Source of the DNA: Candidatus Latescibacterota bacterium
Lineage (GTDB): Bacteria; Latescibacterota; UBA2968; UBA8231
NCBI GenBank assembly: GCA_965221775.1
Contig: CBDCSU010000004.1
Location: forward strand, 480,001 to 544,000
Length of the DNA stretch: 64,000 nucleotides
Direction of reading: 5' to 3'
The position numbers were made by a program, and so were the translations under genes. Below the pieces are notes generated by a model. The model ran no database searches, had not been told where the DNA came from, and saw only the letters and a program-made list of their open reading frames with translations. Each line of letters opens with the position of its first letter. The stretch's first letter is position 1. Of this stretch, positions 8,677 to 18,310 are shown piece after piece.

Positions 8677-10680
8677 GTGAAGATCCGTCGGATGCGCGTT
8701 CGCATCGGGAAACCCCGGATCCCCACCCTGTGCCTGATCCTCTGTCTGGTCCTTGGATTCTCCCTGCGCTTCGTCGGGTTGACCCGCGGCGACAGCTCCT
8801 TCGTCCCGGAGGGTCCGGATCGCGCCACGGAAGAGAGAGCCTTCTACCACTTCCATCCCGACGAGACCACCATCGTCCGGACCGCTCTCAAACCGATCGA
8901 GCCCTTTTCTCCGGAGCTTACCTGTTACGGCCTGCTGCCTGTCCATCTGCTTCGCGGAGTCCTCGAGTTCAACCGGATCGTCTTCGGTTGGGACTTCGAG
9001 GACCAGGGCTCCACCGACTCGGTGCGGTATGTCTATCTGACCGCCCGCACTCTGGCGGCCCTGGTCTCCTGTCTCACCCTCTGCCTGACCTGGCTGCTGG
9101 GCCGCCGCTGGTTCGGGGAGCTGACCGGACTGCTCGCCGCCGTGGTGGTCGCCGTGGCCCCAATGGCCATCCAGGCGGCGCACTTCTACACCGTGGACGG
9201 CTTGTTCACGCTGCTGATCCTCGCCGCGCTCCTCTCCCTGATGCATGCGCTGGAGGGCGATGACCGGCGATGGTGGCTGGCGACCGGGGTCCTGACCGGA
9301 CTCGCCGGCGCCGTGCGCCTCGCCGGCCTGTCCATGGGGGCGGTGGCGCTGGCGGGTCTCCTCATCTACCACCGGCGCAGGCTCGGAGCAGCCCTGACCT
9401 CATCCGTCTGGCTAGCTGGTCTGGCGGGGCTGATGGTCCTGCTCGTTCTGCAGCCCTATCTCGTCGTGGACTGGGAGCTACTACTGCAGAACCGTTCGGC
9501 CAGCGACTTCAGCTATGCGATGAAGGTAGCCCGCGGCGAATTCCTCACCGCGTGGAGCCTGGTGGATGTCCACACCATCCCGTACCTGCACCACTGGAGC
9601 CACCTGTGGCCCCTGGGCGTGGGCTGGCCTCTCACCGTCTCCTTCGGCCTCGGAATCGCCTGCGGTCTGTGGAGAGGAGACCGTCGCAAGGGACTGCTCC
9701 TCCTGTGGGTGGGGATCCACTTCGCCCTCATCGGCGGCCTTCTCACCAAGCCCATGCGCTACCTCCTCCCCATGCTGCCCTTCCTGGCCATCCTGACGGC
9801 CGACCTCTGTGTCTGGCTGGTCCATTCTCCCCGGTGGCTCCGAGTGCGCAAGCTGGCCATCGCCACCACCTCCGCGGTGCTCGTCTACAGCGCCAGTTAC
9901 GGCATCGCCTTTGCAGGCATCTATGCCGGGGAGGACAGCCGCATCGAGGCGGCGCGGTGGATGGAGGAGCGGATCCCGGACGACAGCCGGATCGGCATCG
10001 AACAGGGCGCATTCACGATGCGGGGACTGGTCGGCAACCCCCAACGCGTGAGATTGCTCGGTACCTCCCAGCTCTTCAACATGCGGGGATATGCGACCTG
10101 CGGCGCGGAACTCACCTGGCTCCGGCCACACTTCGAGGACGTGGACTACCTGGCCATCATCGAGGCCAACCGCTACCAGCAGTTCACGGCCGTTCCCGAC
10201 TTGATCCCCGGTGCCGCGGCCTTCTACCAGGCGCTGGCCGATGGGGATCTTGGCTTCGACCTCGTACACCGGGTCAAGCGTTACCCCACCCTCGGCGGCC
10301 TCGAGTTCCGGGACGACGGAAGCGATCCCTCCTTCACCGGCTACGACCACCCGGCGATCATGATCTTCAGGAAGAGAGATGACGCCTCCTGGCAGGAGGC
10401 TTGGGAGAGATTGCGGACGAGCCTGTCCGCGAGCGCCCACTGTGCGGACCCCTACCTGGAGAAAGCCGCTGACGCCATCGAGGCCGGGGATCTGAACCAG
10501 GGCCTCATCTGGACTCGAACGGCCGCCCGGAGAGTACCGCAGAACAGGATCGGCCACCTGATCGAGCCCATCTGCTGGCGCGCCTGGGAGGATCGAGCCG
10601 ACAGGCTTCGGAGACCTACCATACCGAACTGCTGGAGCCGCACCGCATCCCCGCCGACGCAGCCCTGGCCGCCGGGATGA
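8677..10680 (+). CDS. ArnT/PMT-like (GT-C, family 39) membrane glycosyltransferase; 5' part of a frameshifted GT-TPR gene
   Basis: FHPDE motif, many TM segments, AHFYTVD, RYLLP, SFTGYDHP; protein turns implausible after about 10566. Confidence 0.8.
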   Translation: MKIRRMRVRIGKPRIPTLCLILCLVLGFSLRFVGLTRGDSSFVPEGPDRATEERAFYHFHPDETTIVRTALKPIEPFSPELTCYGLLPVHLLRGVLEFNRIVFGWDFEDQGSTDSVRYVYLTARTLAALVSCLTLCLTWLLGRRWFGELTGLLAAVVVAVAPMAIQAAHFYTVDGLFTLLILAALLSLMHALEGDDRRWWLATGVLTGLAGAVRLAGLSMGAVALAGLLIYHRRRLGAALTSSVWLAGLAGLMVLLVLQPYLVVDWELLLQNRSASDFSYAMKVARGEFLTAWSLVDVHTIPYLHHWSHLWPLGVGWPLTVSFGLGIACGLWRGDRRKGLLLLWVGIHFALIGGLLTKPMRYLLPMLPFLAILTADLCVWLVHSPRWLRVRKLAIATTSAVLVYSASYGIAFAGIYAGEDSRIEAARWMEERIPDDSRIGIEQGAFTMRGLVGNPQRVRLLGTSQLFNMRGYATCGAELTWLRPHFEDVDYLAIIEANRYQQFTAVPDLIPGAAAFYQALADGDLGFDLVHRVKRYPTLGGLEFRDDGSDPSFTGYDHPAIMIFRKRDDASWQEAWERLRTSLSASAHCADPYLEKAADAIEAGDLNQGLIWTRTAARRVPQNRIGHLIEPICWRAWEDRADRLRRPTIPNCWSRTASPPTQPWPPG

Positions 10681-11126
10681 GCCTCTTCGAGCTGGGCCTG
10701 AAGGACCTGGCCATCTCCGCCCTCGAGACGGGAGTCTCGGCGACCATCGAGGACGACAGGGTCCCCGGGGAACCGATGGCCCGCATCTATCTGCGTCTGG
10801 CATCATACCTGAAGCAGGACCTCGAGTTGGAGGAGGAGGCCGCCGAGGTCCTGTTGCTGTCTACCCGACTTCACCCCCGGCCGCTGGCCTGGAACAGACT
10901 TGCCAAGTACGCCCTGGCCAGTCAGGACTACGGGCAGGCCGCGGAGTACCTGAAGCAGTCGCTGCGGCTGAACCCCGACCAGGCGGGCGTCCATGCCACC
11001 CTCGGCCAGATCGCGGCGGAGATGGAGGATCCGGCCGCCGCCCTGCAGCACTTCAAGAGAGCCCTCCAGCTGAATCCGGAACTGGAGGACCGCCTCAGCC
11101 CCTGGATCACCGTGCACAGGGATTGA
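10677..11126 (+). CDS. TPR domain; probable C-terminus of the upstream glycosyltransferase
   Basis: TPR patterns (SLRLNPDQAGVHATLG, FKRALQLNP); frame is open upstream to about 10566. Confidence 0.75.
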   Translation: MSLFELGLKDLAISALETGVSATIEDDRVPGEPMARIYLRLASYLKQDLELEEEAAEVLLLSTRLHPRPLAWNRLAKYALASQDYGQAAEYLKQSLRLNPDQAGVHATLGQIAAEMEDPAAALQHFKRALQLNPELEDRLSPWITVHRD

Positions 11127-11224
11127 GCCGAAGGAGCCGGCGTCCGGGGCCGGGAGCCCCTTGACGGGAGGCGGACCCCGGAGCCGGATTATCACCCCTT
11201 CCCCTACCCCCCCTGGAGACACCC

Positions 11225-12241
11225 ATGAGCACCGACCTGCACAGCGACGCCCTCGTCATCGACTCCCACAACGACACCGTCGTCGGCCTGATCCGGCGCG
11301 GCAACCTCGGGCTGGCCGGGGAGAGCAGCCCCGAGAGGCGCCGCCGCCTCGGCACCGTCGCCTACGTGCGCCAGCAGTTCGACCCCCCCGAAAAGCCCCT
11401 GCAGCAGACTCTGCCCCTTCTCCGCGAAGGCGGGATCGACGCCGGCTACTTCGCCGTGGACACCACCATCGCCCGCAACAACCACCTCCTGTACGCCCTC
11501 GACGCCCTAGGCTACCTGAAGCGCGAGGTGGAGACCCACTCCGGCGAGGTGATCATCGCCCGCTCGGCCGCCGACATCGAGGCCGCCCGCGCCGGCGGGC
11601 GCTTCGCCGTGGTCCTGGCGGTGGAGAACTCGGCTGCCCTGCAGCACAGCCTCTTCGCCCTCGACGCCCTCTACGAGGTGGGGGTGCGCACCATGACCCT
11701 GACCCACAGCGCGCGCACCGACGCGGCCGACGGCTGCGAGGTGGAGGGCGGCGGCGGGCTCACCGGTTTCGGCCGGGAGGTCGTTCGGCGCATGGGCGAG
11801 CTGGGCATGCTCCTCGACGTCTCCCATGTGAACGAGCGCGGCTTCTGGGACGTCCTCGAGTGCGCCACCTCGCCCGTCGTCGCCAGCCACAGCTGCTGCC
11901 GGGCCCTGTGCGACCACCCGCGCAACCTGACCGACGAGCAGCTGCGGGCCCTGGGCGAGGCCGGCGGCGTCGTGGGCATCACCTTCGTGCCCGACTTCAT
12001 CAACGCCGACGCCCCCGACATGGGACGCCTGGTCGATCACGTCCTCCACGCCGTGGACCAGGCCGGCGAGGAAGCGGTGGGCCTCGGGTCCGACTTCGAC
12101 GGTGGCGGCGACCTTCTGGCGCACGCCGGGAACTACCCGGAGATCACGGCGGAACTGCTCGAGCGCGGCGCCGGGGAGGCGGCGGTGCGCGCCATTCTGG
12201 GCCTCAACCACCTGCGGCTGCTGCGGCAGGTGGTCGGCTGA
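11225..12241 (+). CDS. membrane dipeptidase (peptidase M19)
   Basis: IDSHND, GLTGFGREVV, DVSH, ASHS, RNLTDEQ, GSDFDG. Confidence 0.92.
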   Translation: MSTDLHSDALVIDSHNDTVVGLIRRGNLGLAGESSPERRRRLGTVAYVRQQFDPPEKPLQQTLPLLREGGIDAGYFAVDTTIARNNHLLYALDALGYLKREVETHSGEVIIARSAADIEAARAGGRFAVVLAVENSAALQHSLFALDALYEVGVRTMTLTHSARTDAADGCEVEGGGGLTGFGREVVRRMGELGMLLDVSHVNERGFWDVLECATSPVVASHSCCRALCDHPRNLTDEQLRALGEAGGVVGITFVPDFINADAPDMGRLVDHVLHAVDQAGEEAVGLGSDFDGGGDLLAHAGNYPEITAELLERGAGEAAVRAILGLNHLRLLRQVVG

Positions 12242-12247
12242 GCGCCC

Positions 12248-13756
12248 TCAGGCGAGGCCGTAGAGCGGCCGGTACTTGCCCTCGAGATACTCCATCAGGT
12301 AGTCGACCCGCAGGGGCTCGCCGGTGACCTCCTGCACCAGCTCGGAGGCGGTGAGGCGGCTGCCCTGGGAGTGGATGTTCTCGCGCACCCAGCCGAGGAG
12401 GCCGGAGAGCGCGCCCCGGCGGATCTGGCCGGGCAGGTCCCCGAGGTCGGCGCAGGCCCGGCGGTAGAACTGGGCGCCGTAGAGGTTGCCGAGGGTGTAG
12501 GTGGGGAAATACCCGATCAGTCCCAACGACCAGTGGATGTCCTGCAGGACGCCCTCGGCGTCGGAGCCGGGCCGGATGCCGAGGTAGGACTGCATGCGCT
12601 CGTTCCAGACCCCCGGCAGGTCCCCCACCTCCAGCTCTCCCTCCATGAGCGCCTTCTCCAGCTCGAAGCGCAGCAGGATGTGGAGGTCGTAGGTCATCTC
12701 GTCGGCCTCGACCCGGATCAGCGACCTCTCGACGCGGTTGACGGCGGCGTAGAACCGGTCCACCCCAACGCCCTCGAGCTGCGCGGGGAAGCACCGGGCG
12801 AGGTGCGGCAGGTAGTGCTCCCAGAACTCGCGGCTGCGGCCGACGGCGTTCTCCCACGTGCGCGACTGGGACTCGTGGATCCCGAGGGAGACGGACCCGC
12901 CCACGGGGAGCCCCTCGGCCTCGGCGGGCAGGCCCTGCTCGTAGAGGCCGTGGCCGGCCTCGTGGATGATGCCGAAGAGGGCGCTGGTGAGCTGGCCGGC
13001 GTTGTAGCGGGTGGTGAGGCGCACGTCCCCGGGATGGCTGCCCGAGCAGAAGGGATGGACGGAGACGTCGAGGCGGCCGGCCTCCATGTCGAAACCGAGG
13101 TCGGCCAGGACCCGGCGGCCGAAGCTCTCCTGCACGGCGACGTCGTAGTCGCGCTCGAGCAGGTCGTCCTTCTTCGCCGCCGCCTCGCTGCCCAGGATCT
13201 CCTCCACGAGGGGGACGAGCCGGCGGCGCAGCTCCCCGAGCAAGGGCTCGACCTCCTCCACCCGGGCGTGGGGCTCGAAGTGGTCGAGGAGGGCGTTGTA
13301 GACCGACCCCGTGAAGCCGACGGCATGGGCCTCCTGGCGCTTGAGGTCGACGATCTTCTCCAGCCACGGCCGGAAGCGGCCGAACTCCGACTGCTGCCGC
13401 GCCTCGACCCAGGCCTCGTGGGCCAGCGACTCGGTGCGCCTCAGCTCGACGACCAGCTCCCTGGGGATCCGCAGGGCGCGGTCCTGGTGGCGCTTCAGCT
13501 CGCGCACGTTGATCCGCGCGTCACCGCTCAGTCCCTCCCCGTCCAGCGCCGCCACCAGCTCGACGAGATCCGGAGCCGTGAGCCTTTCGTGAGCCAGGCC
13601 GGCCAGCGTCCCCAGGCTGCGCGCCCGCGGGCCGCTCCCCCGGCGGGGCATGCAGGTCTCCTGGTCCCAGTGGAGCAGGGACTCGGCGTGGGCGATGTCG
13701 GCCAGCTCCCGCGCCGCGGCGGTGAAGCGTTCGTAAGGCGCATCGGAATTGCTCAT
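12248..13756 (-). CDS. carboxypeptidase Taq (peptidase M32)
   Basis: LLHWDQ, HPF, DVRLTTR, HEAGH, HESQS, IRVEADE, QDIHW, GYFPTY. Confidence 0.95.
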   Translation of the reverse strand: MSNSDAPYERFTAAARELADIAHAESLLHWDQETCMPRRGSGPRARSLGTLAGLAHERLTAPDLVELVAALDGEGLSGDARINVRELKRHQDRALRIPRELVVELRRTESLAHEAWVEARQQSEFGRFRPWLEKIVDLKRQEAHAVGFTGSVYNALLDHFEPHARVEEVEPLLGELRRRLVPLVEEILGSEAAAKKDDLLERDYDVAVQESFGRRVLADLGFDMEAGRLDVSVHPFCSGSHPGDVRLTTRYNAGQLTSALFGIIHEAGHGLYEQGLPAEAEGLPVGGSVSLGIHESQSRTWENAVGRSREFWEHYLPHLARCFPAQLEGVGVDRFYAAVNRVERSLIRVEADEMTYDLHILLRFELEKALMEGELEVGDLPGVWNERMQSYLGIRPGSDAEGVLQDIHWSLGLIGYFPTYTLGNLYGAQFYRRACADLGDLPGQIRRGALSGLLGWVRENIHSQGSRLTASELVQEVTGEPLRVDYLMEYLEGKYRPLYGLA

Positions 13757-13791
13757 CTTTCCTCCATCCCTTCTCCAAGGAGCGAACCCGC

Positions 13792-15015
13792 ATGAAGATC
13801 GTCAAAGCCGACCACTACGTCCTCCACATCCCGTTCTACGCCGACCACGTGGTGCGCGCCATGCACCGCGCCCAGACCCACGACGAGACGGTCCACGTGA
13901 ACCGCCTCGAGCTCGACGACGGCAGCGTCGGCTACGGCGACGGCGGCGGTCCCGGCGGCGACCTGGTGGGCCGCAATCCCCTCGAGGTCCTCCACGACGA
14001 CGGCATCGGCTTCGGCAACCAGCTCGCCATCCTCGACGCCGTGGGGCGCGCCACCGGCACCCCCGCACACGCCCTCCTCGGCCGCCGGCTGCGCGACCGC
14101 TGCCCCCTCTCCTGGTGGGACATCGACATGCCGCCCGCCGACTGGGTGAAGGAGGCCGAGGAGTCGCTGAAGCGCGGCTACACGACCTTCAAGATGAAGG
14201 CCCGCCCCTGGTTCGACATCCACGAGCAGGTGGCCAGCGTCGGCGCCGTGGTGCCCGCCGACTACCGCTTCGACGTCGACTTCAACGGCTTCCTGCTCAA
14301 CCCCGCCCGCGCCGAGGAGCACCTCTGCCGCCTCGACGATCACCCCAACGTCGGCATGTACGAGAGCCCCTTCTACCTCGGCACCGACCTGACGGGGGCC
14401 CGCATCCTGCGGGAGCGCGTCCGCAAGCCGGTGGTGGAGCACTTCAACGAAGCCGTCCTCCACGCCCACGCCAGCGACGGTTTCGTCATCGGCGGCGGCA
14501 TCCAGGGAGTGCTGCGGCAGGCGACCCTGGCGGAGCAGTTCAACAAGCCCTTCTGGCTGCAACTCGTGGGCACCGGCATCACCACCGCCTTCGCCCTCCA
14601 CCTCGGATCGGTCCTGTCCCACGCCCAGCTTCCCTACATCACCTGCTTCGAGTTGTACGAGGACGACCTCCTCGTCGACCCGATCCGCGTCGTCGACGGC
14701 CACGCCGCCGTGCCCGAGGGGCCGGGCCTCGGCGTGGAGATCGACGAGGGCGCCATCGAGCACTACCGCGTCGAGCCGGGGGAGCCGTCGCCGTGTCAGC
14801 TCTACCGGCAGCGGAAGCGCATCCTGCGGGTCCGCTGGCCGGGGCACGGCGCCGACCGCGTCTGGGAGTTCACCGCCGAGGCCAACTACCAGCGCGAGTT
14901 CTACGCCGGATCGATCCCGCCGTTCCAGCCCGGAGTGAGTCTGGAGGTGGAGGAGGACGACGGTTCCGCGGCCTTCGCCAGCGCCCACGAGGCGATCGCC
15001 GGCCGCGGCCTGTAG
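13792..15015 (+). CDS. mandelate racemase/muconate lactonizing enzyme (enolase superfamily) protein
   Basis: KMK catalytic lysines, DFN/ESP/EH metal ligands, PEGPGLGVEID. Confidence 0.82.
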   Translation: MKIVKADHYVLHIPFYADHVVRAMHRAQTHDETVHVNRLELDDGSVGYGDGGGPGGDLVGRNPLEVLHDDGIGFGNQLAILDAVGRATGTPAHALLGRRLRDRCPLSWWDIDMPPADWVKEAEESLKRGYTTFKMKARPWFDIHEQVASVGAVVPADYRFDVDFNGFLLNPARAEEHLCRLDDHPNVGMYESPFYLGTDLTGARILRERVRKPVVEHFNEAVLHAHASDGFVIGGGIQGVLRQATLAEQFNKPFWLQLVGTGITTAFALHLGSVLSHAQLPYITCFELYEDDLLVDPIRVVDGHAAVPEGPGLGVEIDEGAIEHYRVEPGEPSPCQLYRQRKRILRVRWPGHGADRVWEFTAEANYQREFYAGSIPPFQPGVSLEVEEDDGSAAFASAHEAIAGRGL

Positions 15016-15044
15016 CCGCCGGGGGCCGCGGCCCGGCGGCGGCT

Positions 15045-16049
15045 TCAGGCCTCCCGCCGGGCGCGGATCTCCTCGAAACCGGTGAGGCTGTAGGCGATGC
15101 CCACGTAGTCGAGGAGGTTGGTCAGGCTGCGCAGGGCCACGCCGAAGCCGTCGACGCCGGAGAAGCCGCCGAACTGGCCGCCCCCCTTCAGGTGCGGCTC
15201 CAGGTCGAGGAAGACGCCGGGCACGCCGAGGCGCTTGAGGCGCCGCGTCAGCGCCGGCAGGCGGGTGCGGAAATCGCGCAGGATCGCCTCGTGGCCCGAG
15301 TCGCCCTCGTCGGCGGGGACGAAGTTCTTCAGCCGCTCCTCGTCGACGTGCCCCTGCCACTCGAGGTCCGGGTCGATGCGGTAGTCCTTGATGTGCATCC
15401 AGCCGATGCCGGCGCGCATCGCCTCGTACTCGGCGTAGGTCTCGTGGGGCCGCAGGTTCTGGCTCGACAGGTTGCCGCCGTCGAAGATCAGACAGAGGTT
15501 GGGGTGCGCCGCCTTGCGCTGCAGCCGCCGCAGGAGGCGGCCGTTCTGCCCTACGAGGTTGGCCTCCACCTCCAGGCCGAAGAGGACCCCGCCCCGGGCG
15601 CAGATCTCGGCGATGCGGGCCAGCCGCTCGGCGGCCTCGTCCACGTGGTCCTCCGGCGCCGTGCCCCGCGGGTGATAGAACGAGAACCCCCGCACCAGCC
15701 GCGTCTCGAACTCCCCCGCCAGGTCGGCGGCGCGCTGCACCTCGCGGCCGAGGTAGCGCTCGAAGGGGACGTAGGCGTTGGCGCTGCCGTCGTCGACGTC
15801 GAGGAGCTTCACCTTGCCGATGGGCGAGCCGATGGAGGAGACGCGGATGCCGTGCTCCTCGTGCAGCCGCCGCAGGCGGCGGACCTCGGCCTTGGTGAGG
15901 GCCATCACGTTCTTGACGCCGGACCCGGCGTCGACGAAGCGCAGGCTGTACCACGACATGCCGAGGGCCGACAGCATGGTCAGCTGCGACTCGGCTTTCT
16001 TGTCGGCGGGTCCCTCGTCGGCGAAGCCGCTGAGGATCACTTCGGGCAT
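15045..16049 (-). CDS. sugar phosphate isomerase/epimerase (xylose-isomerase-like TIM barrel)
   Basis: LSGFADE, SSIGSPIGK, FDGGN, MHIKD, LEPHL. Confidence 0.85.
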   Translation of the reverse strand: MPEVILSGFADEGPADKKAESQLTMLSALGMSWYSLRFVDAGSGVKNVMALTKAEVRRLRRLHEEHGIRVSSIGSPIGKVKLLDVDDGSANAYVPFERYLGREVQRAADLAGEFETRLVRGFSFYHPRGTAPEDHVDEAAERLARIAEICARGGVLFGLEVEANLVGQNGRLLRRLQRKAAHPNLCLIFDGGNLSSQNLRPHETYAEYEAMRAGIGWMHIKDYRIDPDLEWQGHVDEERLKNFVPADEGDSGHEAILRDFRTRLPALTRRLKRLGVPGVFLDLEPHLKGGGQFGGFSGVDGFGVALRSLTNLLDYVGIAYSLTGFEEIRARREA

Positions 16050-16100
16050 GGGGCGACTCCTCGGGTGTGGGCCGGGGAGAGGTGGGGAGGCGTTCCGGCC

Positions 16101-17510
16101 TCAGGCGATGTAGCCGTCCTCCCTCTCCTCGTCGATGCGATACTCCGGGGCCAAGTCCTCGAAACTGGCGCTCTCCTTGCTCCACATCAGCTCTGCGAAG
16201 CCCGTCGGCCCGTTGCGCTGCTTGGCGACGATGATCTCCGCCTTGCCCTCCTGGGGTTCGCCATCCTGCGATTTCAGTCCGTAGATCTCGGGGCGGTAGA
16301 TGAACATCACCACGTCGGCGTCCTGCTCGAGGGAGCCCGACTCCCGGAGGTCGGAGAGCTGGGGGCGCCGGTCGGTGCGCGCCTCCGGGGCCCGGGACAG
16401 CTGCGACAGGGCCAGGACCGGCACCCCCAGCTCCTTGGCCATCGCCTTCAGCCCGCGGGAGATGCGCGACACCTCCTGCTCACGGCTCTGCAGGCTCTCG
16501 TGGCTGCCCATCAGCTGCAGGTAGTCGATGATGACGAGATCGACGCCGTGCTCCCGCATCAGGCGCCGGGCCTTGGCGCGCGCCTCGAGGACGCTGATGC
16601 CGGCCGTGTCGTCGACGTAGATCCGTGCCTGGGCGAGGGCGTTCGCCTGCTCGGTCACGCGCACCCAGTCCTCCTGCCCCAGATGCCCTGTGCGCAGCTT
16701 TTGCAGGTCGAACCTGGTCTGGATGGACAGCAGCCGCTGCGCTACCTGCTGCTTGGACATCTCGAGGGTGAAGACGGCCACGCTCTTGCCGTGCTGCGTG
16801 GCGGCGCGGCTGGCGCAGCACAGGGCCAGGGCCGACTTGCCGACGCTCGGCCGGGCCGCCAGCAGGATCAGGTCGCCGTACTGGTAACCGGAGGTGATCT
16901 CGTTGAGAGCCTTGTATCCGGTGTCGACGCCGGATACGGCACTCCTCTGGTTGTGGGCTTTGTCGAGCTGGTCCATCGTCTCGCCGAGGACCTGCTCGAT
17001 GGGCTCGAAGCCCTGGGTCAGCCCGCGCTCGGAGAGGGCGAAGATGCGCTGCTCGGCCCAGTCGATCAGCTCGTGGACGCCGCTGCGCCCCTCGAAGGCG
17101 CGGTTGGAGATCTCGGCCGAGGCCTCGATCAGGCCGCGGCTGAGTCCGCGCTCGACGACGATCCGGGCGTGGTGCTCGATGTTGGCCGCCGAGGCCACGC
17201 CGGCGGCGAGCTCGGCCAGGTAGACGACGCCCCCCGCCGGCTCCAGCTGCCCCCGGCGCTTGAGCTCCTCGCCGACGGTGAGCTGGTCGACCGCCTCGTT
17301 GCGCTCGTAGAGCTCGCTCATGGCGGCGAAGATGCGGGCGTGGGGGCCGTGGTAGAAGACCTCCTCCTCGAGCAGCTCGATGGCGCGGCCCACGGCGCGC
17401 GGTTCGATCAGCATCGCTCCGAGGACGGCCTGCTCCACCTCCACCGCCTGCGGCGGCATGCGGTCGAGACGCTGGCCCTGGCCCTCGCGGCCGTTCGGCG
17501 GCTGGGTCAT
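16101..17510 (-). CDS. dnaB: replicative DNA helicase
   Basis: PPQAVEVEQAVLG, AARPSVGKS, IDYLQLM, LSQLSR, LRESGSLEQDAD, KQRNGP. Confidence 0.97.
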   Translation of the reverse strand: MTQPPNGREGQGQRLDRMPPQAVEVEQAVLGAMLIEPRAVGRAIELLEEEVFYHGPHARIFAAMSELYERNEAVDQLTVGEELKRRGQLEPAGGVVYLAELAAGVASAANIEHHARIVVERGLSRGLIEASAEISNRAFEGRSGVHELIDWAEQRIFALSERGLTQGFEPIEQVLGETMDQLDKAHNQRSAVSGVDTGYKALNEITSGYQYGDLILLAARPSVGKSALALCCASRAATQHGKSVAVFTLEMSKQQVAQRLLSIQTRFDLQKLRTGHLGQEDWVRVTEQANALAQARIYVDDTAGISVLEARAKARRLMREHGVDLVIIDYLQLMGSHESLQSREQEVSRISRGLKAMAKELGVPVLALSQLSRAPEARTDRRPQLSDLRESGSLEQDADVVMFIYRPEIYGLKSQDGEPQEGKAEIIVAKQRNGPTGFAELMWSKESASFEDLAPEYRIDEEREDGYIA

Positions 17511-18310
17511 GCCCGGCCCCTCGGCTCGACGCCGTCGTACTGGCGGCGCACCCACTTGACGTCCTCCCAGGTGGGCCGCTTGAACCGGTCGTTGCGCAGC
17601 AGCGCCGCCGGGTGGTAGGTGACGATGAGCGGGATGCCGGCGTACTCGTGAAGGGTGCCCCTCAGACGCGACAGGGGAGCATCGGTCCCGAGCAGGGCGT
17701 GGGCGGCGTGCCGGCCGAGGCAGCAGATCACCCTCGGCTGCACGATCTCGATCTGCCGGCGAAGGTACGGCTCGCAGGTGGCCACCTCTTCGGGGGCCGG
17801 ATCGCGGTTGCCGGGAGGCCGGCACTTCAGGACGTTGCAGATGTAGACTTCCTCCCGGGACAGCTCCATGGCCTCGATGATCCGGGTCAGGAGCCGGCCG
17901 GCGGGCCCGACGAAGGGCAGCCCCTGGCGGTCCTCCTCCTCGCCGGGGGCCTCGCCGATGAACATGATCCCGGCCTCGGGATCGCCGGAGCCGAAGACGA
18001 AGCGGGTGCGCGTGTGTCCGAGGGGACAGCGGGTGCACTCGCAGATCTCGTCGTGGAAGGAGGACAGCGCCGCGGCGGCCGGGACGGCGCCTGCGACGGC
18101 GGCCGGGCCTTGTGACGCGGCCGGGGCGGCAGGAACGGGGGCCGCCTCGACGGCGGCCTCCTCCGGGGGCGTCACGAACCAGCGCCCCTCGAAAAGGAGC
18201 AGGTCCTCCAGGCTGCGGCGGACCTCGGAGAGGACCTCGGCGGCCCCGGGCTCATCCGGTTCGGGCTCGTGCACGGCGGGAAGATCATCCGGCTCCGGGA
18301 GCCGTGTCAA
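17507..18310 (-). CDS. udg: uracil-DNA glycosylase family 4
   Basis: [31 protein letters not shown]. Confidence 0.93.
   Translation of the reverse strand: MTRLPEPDDLPAVHEPEPDEPGAAEVLSEVRRSLEDLLLFEGRWFVTPPEEAAVEAAPVPAAPAASQGPAAVAGAVPAAAALSSFHDEICECTRCPLGHTRTRFVFGSGDPEAGIMFIGEAPGEEEDRQGLPFVGPAGRLLTRIIEAMELSREEVYICNVLKCRPPGNRDPAPEEVATCEPYLRRQIEIVQPRVICCLGRHAAHALLGTDAPLSRLRGTLHEYAGIPLIVTYHPAALLRNDRFKRPTWEDVKWVRRQYDGVEPRGRA

Noticed and set aside
6558-13756. Cluster of peptidases (M17, M19, M32)
   Set aside because: Different strands and interrupted by unrelated genes; no evidence of one system
16101-17510. Possible intein in dnaB
   Set aside because: Normal length (469 aa) with contiguous motifs
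13749-17618. Very long ORFs such as 13749..17618+, 23536..26769+, 28759..31593-, 49068..52445+
   Set aside because: Antisense or off-frame shadows of real genes caused by high GC; Arg/Pro/Gly-rich with no family motifs
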